Virus record (IMG/VR): IMGVR_UViG_3300013749_000001
Span: 1 to 37,367 of that record
Direction: 5' to 3' (one strand)
DNA: 37,367 nucleotides
From: a virus
The position numbers and the translations under genes are program-made. The notes under the pieces were generated by a model. That model saw only the letters and a program-made list of their open reading frames with translations, searched no databases and was not told the DNA's origin. Below are positions 26,893-36,342 of the stretch, in pieces (positions within the stretch are counted from its first letter, which is position 1; every line of letters starts with the position of its first letter).

Positions 26893-27329
26893 GCCTCATC
26901 GAAAATATCAAAGCCCATGAGGGATTTAGCGCGCGAATATACAAAGACAGCGTAGGCAAAGCAACCGTGGGATACGGCTTTTTAGTAGCCGCTCTTAGCT
27001 CCGATGAACTCAAGCTCAATGGCGGCAAGGCGGAGCCGATGAGCCGAGAGGTGGCAGATAAAATTTTAAATCTCAAACTAAAAAAGCTTAAAAAACGGCT
27101 CTTTCAGTGCCTGCCGTGGCTGGCTAGCAAGCCGCAGGACGTGCAGGATACCCTAGTAGAAATGGCGTATCAGCTAGGGATTGCGGGGCTCTTGGGCTTC
27201 CGTCATACTCTAGGCTGCATCGAAGCTGGAGACTACGCGCAGGCGGCAAGAAACCTACGCGCAAGCCTGCTTTATCGCCAGACCCCAAAGAGGGTTGAGG
27301 ACTACGTCAAAGGACTGAAAAATGGCTGA
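26889..27329 (+). CDS. Endolysin, phage lysozyme (GH24, T4-lysozyme-like)
   Basis: IKAHEGFSARIYKDSVGKATVGYGF is a canonical GH24 catalytic motif. Confidence 0.85.
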   Translation: MSLIENIKAHEGFSARIYKDSVGKATVGYGFLVAALSSDELKLNGGKAEPMSREVADKILNLKLKKLKKRLFQCLPWLASKPQDVQDTLVEMAYQLGIAGLLGFRHTLGCIEAGDYAQAARNLRASLLYRQTPKRVEDYVKGLKNG

Positions 27330-27903
27330 TTACAAGGAAGCATATAGCGAGCTTTACAAGCGCGTGCTCGGCGACACTATGGCGGCAGATACGCCGTATG
27401 ATAAATTCGCGGGGAAAATCGACGAATACTTTGAGAAATATGGGCTGGCAAACGACAAAAAATTTGAGATGCTTTGCAGCACCCTAGTATCGATGACGCA
27501 GAGCGTAACGACGAGCTCGCAAGAGATAGCGCTGCGGCTTCTAAGCGAGAGCGAGGAGCTGCCGCTACGAAAACAGCAGCTCGAAGCTCAAGTGAAGATA
27601 GCCGATGCGGACGTCAAACTCAAAGAGCGCGAGCTCGATCTGATGGAGAAAAAGCTAAATTTAGCAGACAAAGAAGCTGCGTTTAACGAAGCGCGCACGG
27701 CTCTAATCAAAGAGCAGACTACTAGCGAAAAGAAGCGCGGTCTAGCGATAGATAGAGAGATTGCAAGCTACGACGACAAGCTTAGAATTCAAAAGGCGAG
27801 CTTGCTAAAAGATAGCGTATTCGGCTATTCCGTAGGCGGCCTTACTCCGCCTGCAGATATGATGACCAAGATGTTTAACGCGATTGACAAGGTCGTGCCG
27901 TAA
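27322..27903 (+). CDS. Coiled-coil hypothetical protein (193 aa)
   Basis: Heptad-rich central region. Late strand, after the lysis genes. Confidence 0.4.
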   Translation: MADYKEAYSELYKRVLGDTMAADTPYDKFAGKIDEYFEKYGLANDKKFEMLCSTLVSMTQSVTTSSQEIALRLLSESEELPLRKQQLEAQVKIADADVKLKERELDLMEKKLNLADKEAAFNEARTALIKEQTTSEKKRGLAIDREIASYDDKLRIQKASLLKDSVFGYSVGGLTPPADMMTKMFNAIDKVVP

Positions 27904-29495
27904 TGCCTACCGAAGCCGCCGCGTTTTATCGCAATCCTTCGGGTGATGTAGTAGCCGATGCTACTAACGGGATGATCTACTCGGCGGCCGCGTATAATAG
28001 AATTTGCGAGTATCTGCATAAACAACTGATCCGCAAGGGGCGCGCCTCTAAGCAGGTGTTTATAGATACGCAAAAGTGGGGCAGGGTTTATTACTGCTAT
28101 GATATTTATGAGAAAGACGGGCATTTTTACGTGAACGGATACCGCCTAGATACAGGAGGAGTGCAGCCGTATAACTATGACGGGGTTAACAATTTAGGGC
28201 TATCTCAATTTTTTAATAAACAAAAACCCACGGCAGCTTACTCGGGGCCGTCCGAGGGGCAGATTACCGATTATTTTTGGATCAAAAAAACGAAATTTAG
28301 TAATTTTAGAATTGTCTGCATTTACAAAGGGGGATGGCGGAAGGAATTTAATGACCTTTTCTATGAAGGGGAATACCCACCGATAAGAGAGTTAATAACC
28401 CGCTGCGGCGTCTCTAACTACCAAATCGTAAATGAACACTACGATGAGAAAAAAAACGGCGGCGGCGAATTTATAGACCTTGACGACGGGGTTTGCTATT
28501 TTTATCGGGTTTCTTATCGCCGCGCAGGGGAGGGCGGCGAACACGAAAAAGTTATAAAAGAGGTCGGATGCGCGGCGTATCCACTTTTTCATGCCGATAG
28601 TAACTCGCCCGTAATGGGGTCTAGGAGGTGGGCCAAAAGATGGGGAACGCTATATAAACTAGACTACGACACGAAATCTAAAGGCAAATTCGGCAAATGG
28701 ACGCCTCTATTTAAGATCGCAGTAGTGGTAGTGACCTTTGTGCTAACGTATGTGGCTATCATCACATACGGGCCTATGGCGTCGGCCGCGCTAAGCGCAA
28801 TAGCGGGCGGCGGAGCGGTGAGCTTGGCGGGCGTTATGGCTACTCTTGCCGTTGCGGGAGCCGTCGGCGGATTTCTTGCGACCGTAGGCTCTCTTTCGGG
28901 CAACAAAAAATTAACAAAATTCGGGCGCGTAACGAGCTTTATTGGTGCGATAGGCTCGATCTATCTCTCTATAAAATCTCTTTTCTTCCAATCCGTCGCC
29001 GCTCAAAACGCAAGCACCGCGACCAATCAGGCCCTAGCCGGCGCAGCGGGAGCCAATCAGACGGCGGGGCTTTACAATGGCGTAAGCGTGAGCTCATGGG
29101 CGGGCACGGGCGCAGGAGCAGGCGCGGCGAGTAGCGCATCTGTAGGCGGGCTAGCTGCGGCAGGCGCTACTAGCACCTCACAGCTGTATCTTACTGCGGC
29201 GCTGAAGGTGGCAGGCGTCGGCTACAAAAGCTTTGCTCTGATCCAAGACGTTCGCTCGGAATTTCGCAAGCACGACGACACGCAAGATACGGATATGCAA
29301 GAACAAAGCGACGACGAAAAAGTAGTAAGCGTGAATTCCGACGCGCGGCAGGATACAGAGGGCGACGTAACGCGCAAATTTTACGAACGCGACGTAGAAT
29401 ATGATGTCGGGCTTATAGGCGGCACGCTAATATCAATTGACGATAGCGCTATGGATGAACCAAATAGCGCGATAAAAAACCTACCGACACAATAA
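27903..29495 (+). CDS. Large membrane protein (530 aa): soluble N-domain, multi-TM core, Gly/Ala/Ser low-complexity and acidic C-terminus
   Basis: Hydrophobic block KIAVVVVTFVLTYVAIITYGPMASAALSAIAGGGAVSLAGVMATLAVAGAVGGFLATVG. No signal peptide. Lies between lysis genes and attP. Confidence 0.5.
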   Translation: MPTEAAAFYRNPSGDVVADATNGMIYSAAAYNRICEYLHKQLIRKGRASKQVFIDTQKWGRVYYCYDIYEKDGHFYVNGYRLDTGGVQPYNYDGVNNLGLSQFFNKQKPTAAYSGPSEGQITDYFWIKKTKFSNFRIVCIYKGGWRKEFNDLFYEGEYPPIRELITRCGVSNYQIVNEHYDEKKNGGGEFIDLDDGVCYFYRVSYRRAGEGGEHEKVIKEVGCAAYPLFHADSNSPVMGSRRWAKRWGTLYKLDYDTKSKGKFGKWTPLFKIAVVVVTFVLTYVAIITYGPMASAALSAIAGGGAVSLAGVMATLAVAGAVGGFLATVGSLSGNKKLTKFGRVTSFIGAIGSIYLSIKSLFFQSVAAQNASTATNQALAGAAGANQTAGLYNGVSVSSWAGTGAGAGAASSASVGGLAAAGATSTSQLYLTAALKVAGVGYKSFALIQDVRSEFRKHDDTQDTDMQEQSDDEKVVSVNSDARQDTEGDVTRKFYERDVEYDVGLIGGTLISIDDSAMDEPNSAIKNLPTQ

Positions 29496-29556
29496 GATTG
29501 CCTAAATTTGTCCCCCTGCCGACTACTTTTTGCTGATTTTTTAGCTGACTATAAAT

Positions 29557-29800
29557 TTTGTATAAAAAAGTGTATAACTGAAATTTATATATTGCCTATT
29601 TTAGGCGATATACCTATTATAATCAAATTCCCTGTGGGTCACCATTGCTTCTTTTTATATCGATTTACATCAATGTATAACCATTTACAGATTACCGATA
29701 GTAAGGCGTTTTAGGGCTATTTTCAATTTATATTAATTTATATCTGTTTATAATAATTTACGCAAAAAATGTATAACTTTCTGTATAACAAGGGTATAAA
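29557..29800. repeat. attP-like AT-rich region with arm-type direct repeats TGTATAAC (29571, 29675, 29770, 29783), variants TGTATAAA/GGTATAAA, and AATTTATAT repeats
   Basis: Repeats read directly. Immediately upstream of the integrase ATG. Confidence 0.5.
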
Positions 29801-30976
29801 ATGGCTAAAATTTTAACCGCGACGCAGGTGAAGAAATTAAAATTTGAGGGCAAAGGCAAGCTCAAGGCGTATTCTATCGATAGCACATGCGCGCTGTATC
29901 TCGTGTGTTTTGCAAACGGCAGCAGATACTATAAGCTACGCACAAAAAGAGGCTACACGACGCTAGGAAGTTTCGATGATATAAGCCTTGCTGAAGCTAG
30001 AGAAAAAGCAATGAGCTTGCGTAAATCCGGCGCGAACGACGAGCTACAAAAGCAAAAATTAAAAGATGTTTTCTATGCGTGGCTGGATATTAAAATCCCG
30101 CCCGAGGATAACGAGAAAACAAGGCAATCTCGCCGTAAAATGATAAATCGCGTAAATAAACATCTGCTGCAACCTCTAGGCAATATGCCGATAGATGAGA
30201 TCGGCACAAAGGAAGTGATCGCGTCCACCAAGGGCGTAAATTTTGCAAGTGCTAAAAAGATAATACCGATCCTGCGCGACGTGCTTAAATTTGCTCGCGC
30301 CCAAAACGCGGCGGGCGATATATCGTTTATCTACGAGATTGTCGGCGATATGAGCGAAATTTATCCTAAAAAGAAAGTAGAGCACAGAAAGGCGGTGACG
30401 GATCCAAAGCGTCTAAAAGAGATTATAGAGGCGGTCAGAGACGCCCTTATAGAGCCGACGATTAAAAATCTTTTCTTTTTCAATCTGATTATGGCGCAGC
30501 GCCCGCATCAAATCAGGGAGCTTTGCTGGGATAGGATAGACGGGGATTTTGTGTATTTTAGAGAGGCTGACAATAAAACGGGGGTAAATGCGCGCTTGCC
30601 GCTTCCGAGGCAGGCAAAGCAAATTTTAGAGCGCCAAAAAGAGATAAGCGTAGATGGGATAGTTTTCAAATCGAGCACCTATTCTAGGCTTAGCGGATGG
30701 GCTATCTCGGACGGCACGCTATTAAAAACTCTAAAGCGTTTGGGTATAGCCGATCTGCACGCACACGGCTTTCGCTCGATGTTTGCGACCTTTGCTATTC
30801 GGGCAACCGACGGCGAGCGAGCTATGTTTGAAAAGCGTATCATTGATGAAGTATTATTGCATACGCCCGGTAATGAAGTAGATAAAGCATATTTTAGGGA
30901 CTTCAACTCGCGGGAGCATTTGCGGGTATTGCAGTGGTGGGCGGATTATTTAGAGGGGCTAGCACCCCTCTTTTAG
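29801..30976 (+). CDS. int: Tyrosine integrase (phage integrase family)
   Basis: C-terminal HGFRSMFAT (H-x-x-R), LLHTPG and KAYFR (catalytic Tyr). N-terminal arm-binding-like domain. Confidence 0.85.
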   Translation: MAKILTATQVKKLKFEGKGKLKAYSIDSTCALYLVCFANGSRYYKLRTKRGYTTLGSFDDISLAEAREKAMSLRKSGANDELQKQKLKDVFYAWLDIKIPPEDNEKTRQSRRKMINRVNKHLLQPLGNMPIDEIGTKEVIASTKGVNFASAKKIIPILRDVLKFARAQNAAGDISFIYEIVGDMSEIYPKKKVEHRKAVTDPKRLKEIIEAVRDALIEPTIKNLFFFNLIMAQRPHQIRELCWDRIDGDFVYFREADNKTGVNARLPLPRQAKQILERQKEISVDGIVFKSSTYSRLSGWAISDGTLLKTLKRLGIADLHAHGFRSMFATFAIRATDGERAMFEKRIIDEVLLHTPGNEVDKAYFRDFNSREHLRVLQWWADYLEGLAPLF

Positions 30977-31249
30977 CTTCTTGATATCCTCGTTGAGCCA
31001 ATCTAGGGGATAGCGGGCCTCGCCGTTGAATATGATAAACCGCGGCATAAATTCCCATTTACCCTTGTTTTTCGGCATTCGCATTTTGGCAAGTATATTG
31101 CTGTTTTCGGAATAACCCAGCATAACCGATGCCTCTTTTTGCGTCAGCAGCCTTTGATTTTCGGCGGCAACTCCAGCTACGATGCCGCTGTTTTCAAAAC
31201 ATCCGAGCGCGGACGACGCTTCTTTTGGTTTTTGGCTTTCAGTAGTCAT
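30959..31249 (-). CDS. AlpA/Xis-family excisionase-like HTH protein
   Basis: LTQKEASVMLGYSENSNILAKMR...PRFIIFNGEARYPLDWLNEDI fits AlpA-like proteins. Convergent 18-nt overlap with int. Confidence 0.55.
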   Translation of the reverse strand: MTTESQKPKEASSALGCFENSGIVAGVAAENQRLLTQKEASVMLGYSENSNILAKMRMPKNKGKWEFMPRFIIFNGEARYPLDWLNEDIKKLKEGC

Positions 31250-31409
31250 TGCCGATCCTTTTTAAAATTTCCTTTAGTTGTTTCAAATTTAGGCTAAAAA
31301 GCTTTTGATGTATCTTTTCTACGAGCGCGCCTTTTTCATTATGCTTCTGCGCGAAATCGTCGATTTTGGCTAGCATCTCGCGCTCTTTTTCACGATCGGG
31401 GCTACTCAT
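31239..31409 (-). CDS. Small hypothetical protein (about 56 aa)
   Basis: AAGGAAT RBS before MSSPDREK. Confidence 0.35.
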   Translation of the reverse strand: MSSPDREKEREMLAKIDDFAQKHNEKGALVEKIHQKLFSLNLKQLKEILKRIGNDY

Positions 31410-31633
31410 TTTAATTCCTTGCAATTGCACGTGATGGGTTTGCCGTCTGCACCAAAAAGTTGAGTTATGCCGTTCCCAGATCCGACAAGGGTTACGAATT
31501 TAAACCCTTCTATGCAAAATATTCTTATGCCCCATCCAGTAGTTCCTCCAACCCTGCAAGCTTCAATTTTTGGCTCATCTGCTCCCTCGCACCCCGCCAA
31601 TAAAAAAGCGAACAAAATAAGCAATATTTTCAT
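31406..31633 (-). CDS. Small lipoprotein (signal peptide plus lipobox LAGC)
   Basis: MKILLILFAFLLAGCEGADE. GGAGAAAAG RBS. Confidence 0.5.
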   Translation of the reverse strand: MKILLILFAFLLAGCEGADEPKIEACRVGGTTGWGIRIFCIEGFKFVTLVGSGNGITQLFGADGKPITCNCKELK

Positions 31634-31860
31634 CGTCTTTTCTCCAACCACGCTTCTACCTTGCCGATGTCGAAGCCGTAAAAGGCCCATATTAGGGAAA
31701 TCACAATGGTTGATACAAGCAGAAAATATGGCATCAATATGCCCATCGCAAGATGCAAAGGCGCGCGTTTACTTTTAGGATGCATTCTTCCTGCGACAAG
31801 AACAAGTATCGTAAACGTGTAACAGTTGAGCGTTACGCCCCAAAATATGAAATTTAGCAT
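31630..31860 (-). CDS. Small membrane protein (about 76 aa, MLNFIFWGVTL...)
   Basis: Start sits 1 nt after the upstream stop. Two hydrophobic helices. Confidence 0.4.
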   Translation of the reverse strand: MLNFIFWGVTLNCYTFTILVLVAGRMHPKSKRAPLHLAMGILMPYFLLVSTIVISLIWAFYGFDIGKVEAWLEKRR

Positions 31861-31861
31861 T

Positions 31862-32098
31862 TTATTCTCCCATCTGCTCATAAATCGGCATATTTCGTTC
31901 ATCAAATTCACCCGTCCACATACGTATCTTGTAGTTTTCCATCGGCATCGGTAAAGATAGCTTCGGGTCGCGCGCCTCGCCATAGCCCCATAATATCGTG
32001 ATGGTTTTCTGGGCGAAATTTATTTCCCAAGGTTCTACCTTTTCGCCGGTTCGCTTATCAACGATTATCATTGCTTCGGGTTTTATTGTGGGGTTCAT
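31862..32098 (-). CDS. Hypothetical protein (78 aa)
   Basis: ORF in the minus-strand early operon. Confidence 0.4.
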   Translation of the reverse strand: MNPTIKPEAMIIVDKRTGEKVEPWEINFAQKTITILWGYGEARDPKLSLPMPMENYKIRMWTGEFDERNMPIYEQMGE

Positions 32099-32108
32099 TT
32101 CTTGTCCT

Positions 32109-32504
32109 TTACTTTAAATCCCAGTTTATATTTTTTAAATAATTTTCAGCCTTTTGAGCTTCTTTTCTACCGGCTTTTGAAGAATAAAAGAATTTAATGT
32201 ATATGCCTTCATCATTACGTGGCATACGTAAAACTCCCCAAAAACCTATGCATCCGCCTCGTTTTCTTTCTTTTTCAAAAACTTTTGATGTAGAAAATAA
32301 GATATTAATATTGTAGTTTCCATTATTTTTGCGAAATTTAAAGATTGGAAATTTTTCTTGAATATCTTTAGAGATTTCATCAAGAAAGCGCGTATGGGCA
32401 TCTTCTTTTTTCTTGTATAATTCGCTTATATCTTTATCAAATTTGCGAAATTCTTCTAAGCTGTTATAAAGTGTTTCTGCGTTTTGTATTATTGGCTTTT
32501 TCAT
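32109..32504 (-). CDS. Hypothetical protein (131 aa)
   Basis: ORF. 4-nt overlap with the upstream gene. Confidence 0.4.
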   Translation of the reverse strand: MKKPIIQNAETLYNSLEEFRKFDKDISELYKKKEDAHTRFLDEISKDIQEKFPIFKFRKNNGNYNINILFSTSKVFEKERKRGGCIGFWGVLRMPRNDEGIYIKFFYSSKAGRKEAQKAENYLKNINWDLK

Positions 32505-32962
32505 TTTTCATCCTTTAAATTTTGTGGCAATCTAAATCCGAGCGCGTAAAGAGGTATAGCCGTTTCTCTTTCGTTGGGACCGAGCACTTCGTTGCTAAGG
32601 TCGCTTTTTGCGTATCTAGCGTTTGTCATTTCCCACTCGCCAGATACGTTTTGATATTCCCAATACCAAAGGACGTCATCGGCTTTTATGAAGTCGCTCA
32701 GGTTCATTCCGTCCATCCCAAGCGATCCGACGTGCCAAATATCGGCAGGACGAGAGTAGCCTGCAAAACTTTTGCGCACCACCTCGTCGCCGTCTTTAAA
32801 TTTCGGCTCTTCGAGCTTGACGCGATATTCAAAGTTATCCCAATTCCAAAGCGGCGATGCTGTAGGCGCCCACCTATCATCTTCGCAATCTGCGAGGCGA
32901 AACTCTATCTCCTCGCCCCTATCGTAAGCTTGCATAACCTCGATCATTTCTTTTGTCGTCAT
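32501..32962 (-). CDS. Hypothetical protein (153 aa)
   Basis: ORF. 4-nt overlap with the YopX gene. Confidence 0.4.
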   Translation of the reverse strand: MTTKEMIEVMQAYDRGEEIEFRLADCEDDRWAPTASPLWNWDNFEYRVKLEEPKFKDGDEVVRKSFAGYSRPADIWHVGSLGMDGMNLSDFIKADDVLWYWEYQNVSGEWEMTNARYAKSDLSNEVLGPNERETAIPLYALGFRLPQNLKDEK

Positions 32963-33432
32963 TTTGTATCCTTTAAAATTTCTGGGTTTTCACAAGCGTT
33001 GCTTGCTATGTAATCTAGCGCCCATAAGTGGTCGTATATAGTTCCTGCGACTTTAAGAAAAGACGTTTCCTTGGCGGAAACTTCAAATAGATCGTCAGGG
33101 GACCACCAATCAAAGCTAAGACGCGCGCCATAATTCACTCCTTTATCCCATAGGCGAGTAATTACAAACCTGCCGTCTTCTAGTTTTATTCTGCCCAATT
33201 TTTTGACCCCGCCGCGGAAATACTCAACTAAAAAGTCGGTATAAATTTCCTGGCCGCCGGTGTCGTTTATTCCTGTATATTGCATAAGTGTAATTTCATC
33301 AAAACCTGCCTCAAAATTTACAGCCGTTTCTTTATCCCAAAGCGTCACTTCTTTATTTAAAAAGTCAATGCTTAGCACTTCGTAAATTTGTCCATCAACT
33401 TTAAAACGCGCTCTAAATTTAATCTCTCTCAT
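32959..33432 (-). CDS. YopX-family phage protein
   Basis: MREIKFRARFKVDGQIYEV...TGINDTGGQEIYT is a YopX signature. AAGGAGAGG RBS before the second Met. Confidence 0.65.
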   Translation of the reverse strand: MREIKFRARFKVDGQIYEVLSIDFLNKEVTLWDKETAVNFEAGFDEITLMQYTGINDTGGQEIYTDFLVEYFRGGVKKLGRIKLEDGRFVITRLWDKGVNYGARLSFDWWSPDDLFEVSAKETSFLKVAGTIYDHLWALDYIASNACENPEILKDTK

Positions 33433-33758
33433 CGTCCTCTCCTTCATATAATTTTTCTATGATTTGCTTTGCCTTTTCGACCTTTTCTGCTTGCCCTTTT
33501 TCGTGATAAAAGTAAAAAGTCACATCGTCCAAAAACCAAACATTGCAGGCGGCGGTCTTCGATGCTTTAAATTTTCCGTTTGTGGAAAAAGCAAGCTTCA
33601 AATTTCCAAAAATATCTTGACGGATGCTGCTAAAAGGGAATAGATCTTGCACCCGCTTGCTTGCAGCCTTAAAAAAGCTATCTTTTTTCCTGTCTTTTTC
33701 CCTCTTGGCTTTGATAAGCTCGTTTTCGAGCTCTTGTAACTCTGTTTTATAGCTCATT
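33419..33758 (-). CDS. Hypothetical protein (113 aa, MSYKTELQELENEL...)
   Basis: AAAGGAG RBS before the internal Met of ORF 33419..33919. Confidence 0.4.
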
Positions 33759-34221
33759 GATTTACTCCTTTGAAAAATACCAGCCAATGCGTTTGCTTCG
33801 TTACCTTTTGCCCCAATAACGGAGCTATGGAAAAGCACTTTAGCACCTCCGCTAGCTTGATTTTGCTTTCGTTCCACTTGAAAATCAGTGTTCCGCTGGG
33901 CTTTAAAACCCTCATACACTCATCAAAGCCTTTTGCTAAATCCTCTCTCCAATTCCCATCAAGCCGGCCATAATATTTTTCAGCCCACGAGTTCTTGCCC
34001 GGCGTAGGCATATGTGGCGGATCAAACACCACAAGATGAAAGCTCTCATCATCAAAAGGCAAATTTCTAAAATCTGCAACAGTGTTTGGGTTTACTTCGA
34101 AATTTCGTCCGTCGCAAAGCGTGTAGCTTTCTTTGCGGATGTCGCAAAAATGCACGTTTTCGTTTTGCTTATCAAAATAAAACATCCTGCCGCCGCAGCA
34201 GACATCAAGTATTGTTTTCAA
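33754..34221 (-). CDS. Small SAM-dependent DNA methyltransferase (N6A/N4C type, orphan)
   Basis: LDVCCGGRMF is SAM motif I. VFDPPH is a DPPY-like motif IV. No partner restriction endonuclease. Confidence 0.55.
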   Translation of the reverse strand: MKTILDVCCGGRMFYFDKQNENVHFCDIRKESYTLCDGRNFEVNPNTVADFRNLPFDDESFHLVVFDPPHMPTPGKNSWAEKYYGRLDGNWREDLAKGFDECMRVLKPSGTLIFKWNESKIKLAEVLKCFSIAPLLGQKVTKQTHWLVFFKGVNQ

Positions 34222-34230
34222 AATTTTCTC

Positions 34231-34578
34231 CTAGACCGAATAATCAATCTCAAAAACTACCCATTGTCCGGCTTTTCGTTCATAGGCGATATAGCCGTAG
34301 TAGCTTCCCTCGCACATCCCGCCTCTTTGCCATATTAAGCAGTCGTCTTGACATTTAAAAAGATACTCTTCGCCGAGCAAATCGCAGATATAAAATTCCT
34401 TACCGCCTTTTTCAATCTTCTCAAATTTTGCTAGTCCGTAATAAATAGCCTCCTCCCTATCTATCATATCCGCTAAGTCGTCGATAGAGCCTTCGCTCAT
34501 GCTGCAATGATTTTTAATCAAATCCTCGTAACTTCCTCTTGTCTTTCGCCTGATTTTTTTTGATATTCCAAAAAACAT
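34231..34578 (-). CDS. Hypothetical Cys-rich protein (115 aa)
   Basis: ORF between the two methyltransferases. Confidence 0.35.
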   Translation of the reverse strand: MFFGISKKIRRKTRGSYEDLIKNHCSMSEGSIDDLADMIDREEAIYYGLAKFEKIEKGGKEFYICDLLGEEYLFKCQDDCLIWQRGGMCEGSYYGYIAYERKAGQWVVFEIDYSV

Positions 34579-35165
34579 TATTTTCTCTTCCTTACTACGT
34601 CGCCGTCGTTATCGAGCCAGCGGATAACCGGCTCGCCCTCGTATGCAGTATTGAAAATATACCACGCATACACCATCATTCCCGTTTCGTGTCTACCGTC
34701 GGCCCTGATCTCGCGCAATAAAAGCGGATAGCGCGTAAAAACGTAGATTTTCTCTAAAATTCCGCGCGTATAAATCTCATCGTGCCGCTCTTTGCCGTGT
34801 AGATAGCTGAGCGGCAGCAAAAATGCAAATCTAGGCGCGACTTCGCAAGCCTTGAGGATAAATTCCTTTGCCAAACTAAACGGCGGATTTGTAATAATGG
34901 CGTCAAATTCGCGCGTTTCGTCTAAAAAATCCTTGCCGTCTATCAGTAGGTCATAAGCTGTTATATCCCTATACCCCGCCTCCTCCAAAACGGTAGTGAT
35001 CGCGCCGCCTCCACAAGCGGGCTCTAGTATGCGCCCTTTGAATTTCTCAACTTCTAAAAGTCGCCGCGTGAGATTATAGGGCGTTTGGTAGAAATCGGAT
35101 TTTGAGCGCAATTTATTCGTATTGCCGCTGAAATTTTTGCCACTCGCTCTTTCTTCTGTTTTCAT
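34578..35165 (-). CDS. DNA N6-adenine methyltransferase (orphan)
   Basis: ILEPACGGGAI is motif I. ITNPPFS is an NPPF catalytic motif. Confidence 0.65.
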   Translation of the reverse strand: MKTEERASGKNFSGNTNKLRSKSDFYQTPYNLTRRLLEVEKFKGRILEPACGGGAITTVLEEAGYRDITAYDLLIDGKDFLDETREFDAIITNPPFSLAKEFILKACEVAPRFAFLLPLSYLHGKERHDEIYTRGILEKIYVFTRYPLLLREIRADGRHETGMMVYAWYIFNTAYEGEPVIRWLDNDGDVVRKRK

Positions 35166-35332
35166 CCTATATCCTCACAAGCAAAACCGCTATAATGAGA
35201 GAAAAATAGAGCGCCGAGCAAAGCGCGATTAAAACAATTTGCTTAAATTTCATCTTTTTTTCTCCTTTCGTTTCTTTGCTTCGCTCATAGCCTCTAGCTC
35301 ACGAGTCAGAAACTCCGCGCGCGCTTCCTCGC

Positions 35333-35713
35333 TCATCGCCAAAAGCTCGCCTCTAAGTTCTCGCACATTTTCTGCACTATTTTTGCGCCGCGATGCCATC
35401 GAAAACGTATAAAACACTGAAAGACATTGATATGCGGCGAGCCCGTGCCCTTGTGTGCGATCCACGCAAGCTCATAATCGCTTGCTACTAGTTCGCGCGC
35501 CTTGTAATACAGCCTCTCTATCCGCTCCCTAAGCGCAGGCGTGATCGGATCGTTGTGTGGGAGGTAGTAGCGCTCCGTCTCTACCTGTAGCGCCCTGCCT
35601 AACTTACGGAAGCGATCCGTGCGCCCGATTTTGCGGGCTGTGCTAGCCTGCACGTCGATTACGTAGAGCTTTTTTCCCTCGCGCTTTGCAAATTCACTCG
35701 CGTTCATCCACAT
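35333..35713 (-). CDS. Hypothetical basic protein (126 aa)
   Basis: AGAGGGAG RBS before MWMNASEF. Confidence 0.35.
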   Translation of the reverse strand: MWMNASEFAKREGKKLYVIDVQASTARKIGRTDRFRKLGRALQVETERYYLPHNDPITPALRERIERLYYKARELVASDYELAWIAHKGTGSPHINVFQCFIRFRWHRGAKIVQKMCENLEASFWR

Positions 35714-35855
35714 AGGGCTCCCTCTCTGCAAAATCTATCGCATCGTCTATCATCCTGTCATAGGCGTTGTCGTATTCCTCGTCGTATTGGGCTTTTGCTG
35801 CGGCGCGCCATTCGTTGTAGTCGCCGTGTTCGTTTAGCCATTCTACGTCACCCAT
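35694..35855 (-). CDS. Small acidic protein (53 aa)
   Basis: Strong RBS AAGGAGGAAGCG before MGDVEW. Confidence 0.35.
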   Translation of the reverse strand: MGDVEWLNEHGDYNEWRAAAKAQYDEEYDNAYDRMIDDAIDFAEREPYVDERE

Positions 35856-35865
35856 CGCTTCCTCC

Positions 35866-36342
35866 TTAAAACGGGATCGTGTCGTTGCTGTCATCGTATT
35901 TATCGACACTTCTCGGAGCGGGTTCGCGACTTTGGCTAGGGGCTTGCCCGCCTTGTGTTCCGCCGCCCCGATTAGAATTCTGCGCGCCGCATCCCGAATT
36001 CTGATAGCCGCCCGAATTTTGAGGGCTGCCTAGCATCTCTAGACTCTCTACCTCTACTACGTGCTTGCTGCGGTTTTGTCCGCTTTGATCCTGCCACTGC
36101 TCCAGCTTGAGCCGCCCTTCAACGGCAAGCTTTGAGCCTTTTCTTAAGTATTGATTAGCGACCTCCGCCGTGCGCCCGAAAAACTTTAGGTCGATAAAGC
36201 AGGTTTCCTCTACCGTTTCCCCTTTCGCGTTCTTAAATTTTCTCGTTACGGCGATACCCGAGTTCCCGACGCAATAGCCGCTCTGCGTGTATAGCAGCTC
36301 GATATCGCGAGTTAAATTTCCGATTAAAACGACTTTATTCAC
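35866..36342 (-). CDS. ssb: Single-stranded DNA-binding protein
   Basis: OB-fold N-terminus (MNKVVLIGNLTRD...), Gly/Gln-rich linker and an acidic tail ending DDSNDTIPF. Confidence 0.85.
   Translation of the reverse strand: MNKVVLIGNLTRDIELLYTQSGYCVGNSGIAVTRKFKNAKGETVEETCFIDLKFFGRTAEVANQYLRKGSKLAVEGRLKLEQWQDQSGQNRSKHVVEVESLEMLGSPQNSGGYQNSGCGAQNSNRGGGTQGGQAPSQSREPAPRSVDKYDDSNDTIPF

Noticed and set aside
27903-29495. Tape-measure protein call for the 530-aa protein
   Set aside because: Located after the lysis cassette. Has multi-TM and low-complexity architecture rather than a long helical ruler.
29496-31000. tRNA gene as integration target next to int
   Set aside because: No cloverleaf-compatible segment or GGTTCGAATCC-type T-arm found on either side of int.
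35250-35465. 71-aa minus-strand ORF
   Set aside because: Overlaps the better-supported 35333..35713 gene in another frame. Its internal Met (MASRRKN) has no RBS.
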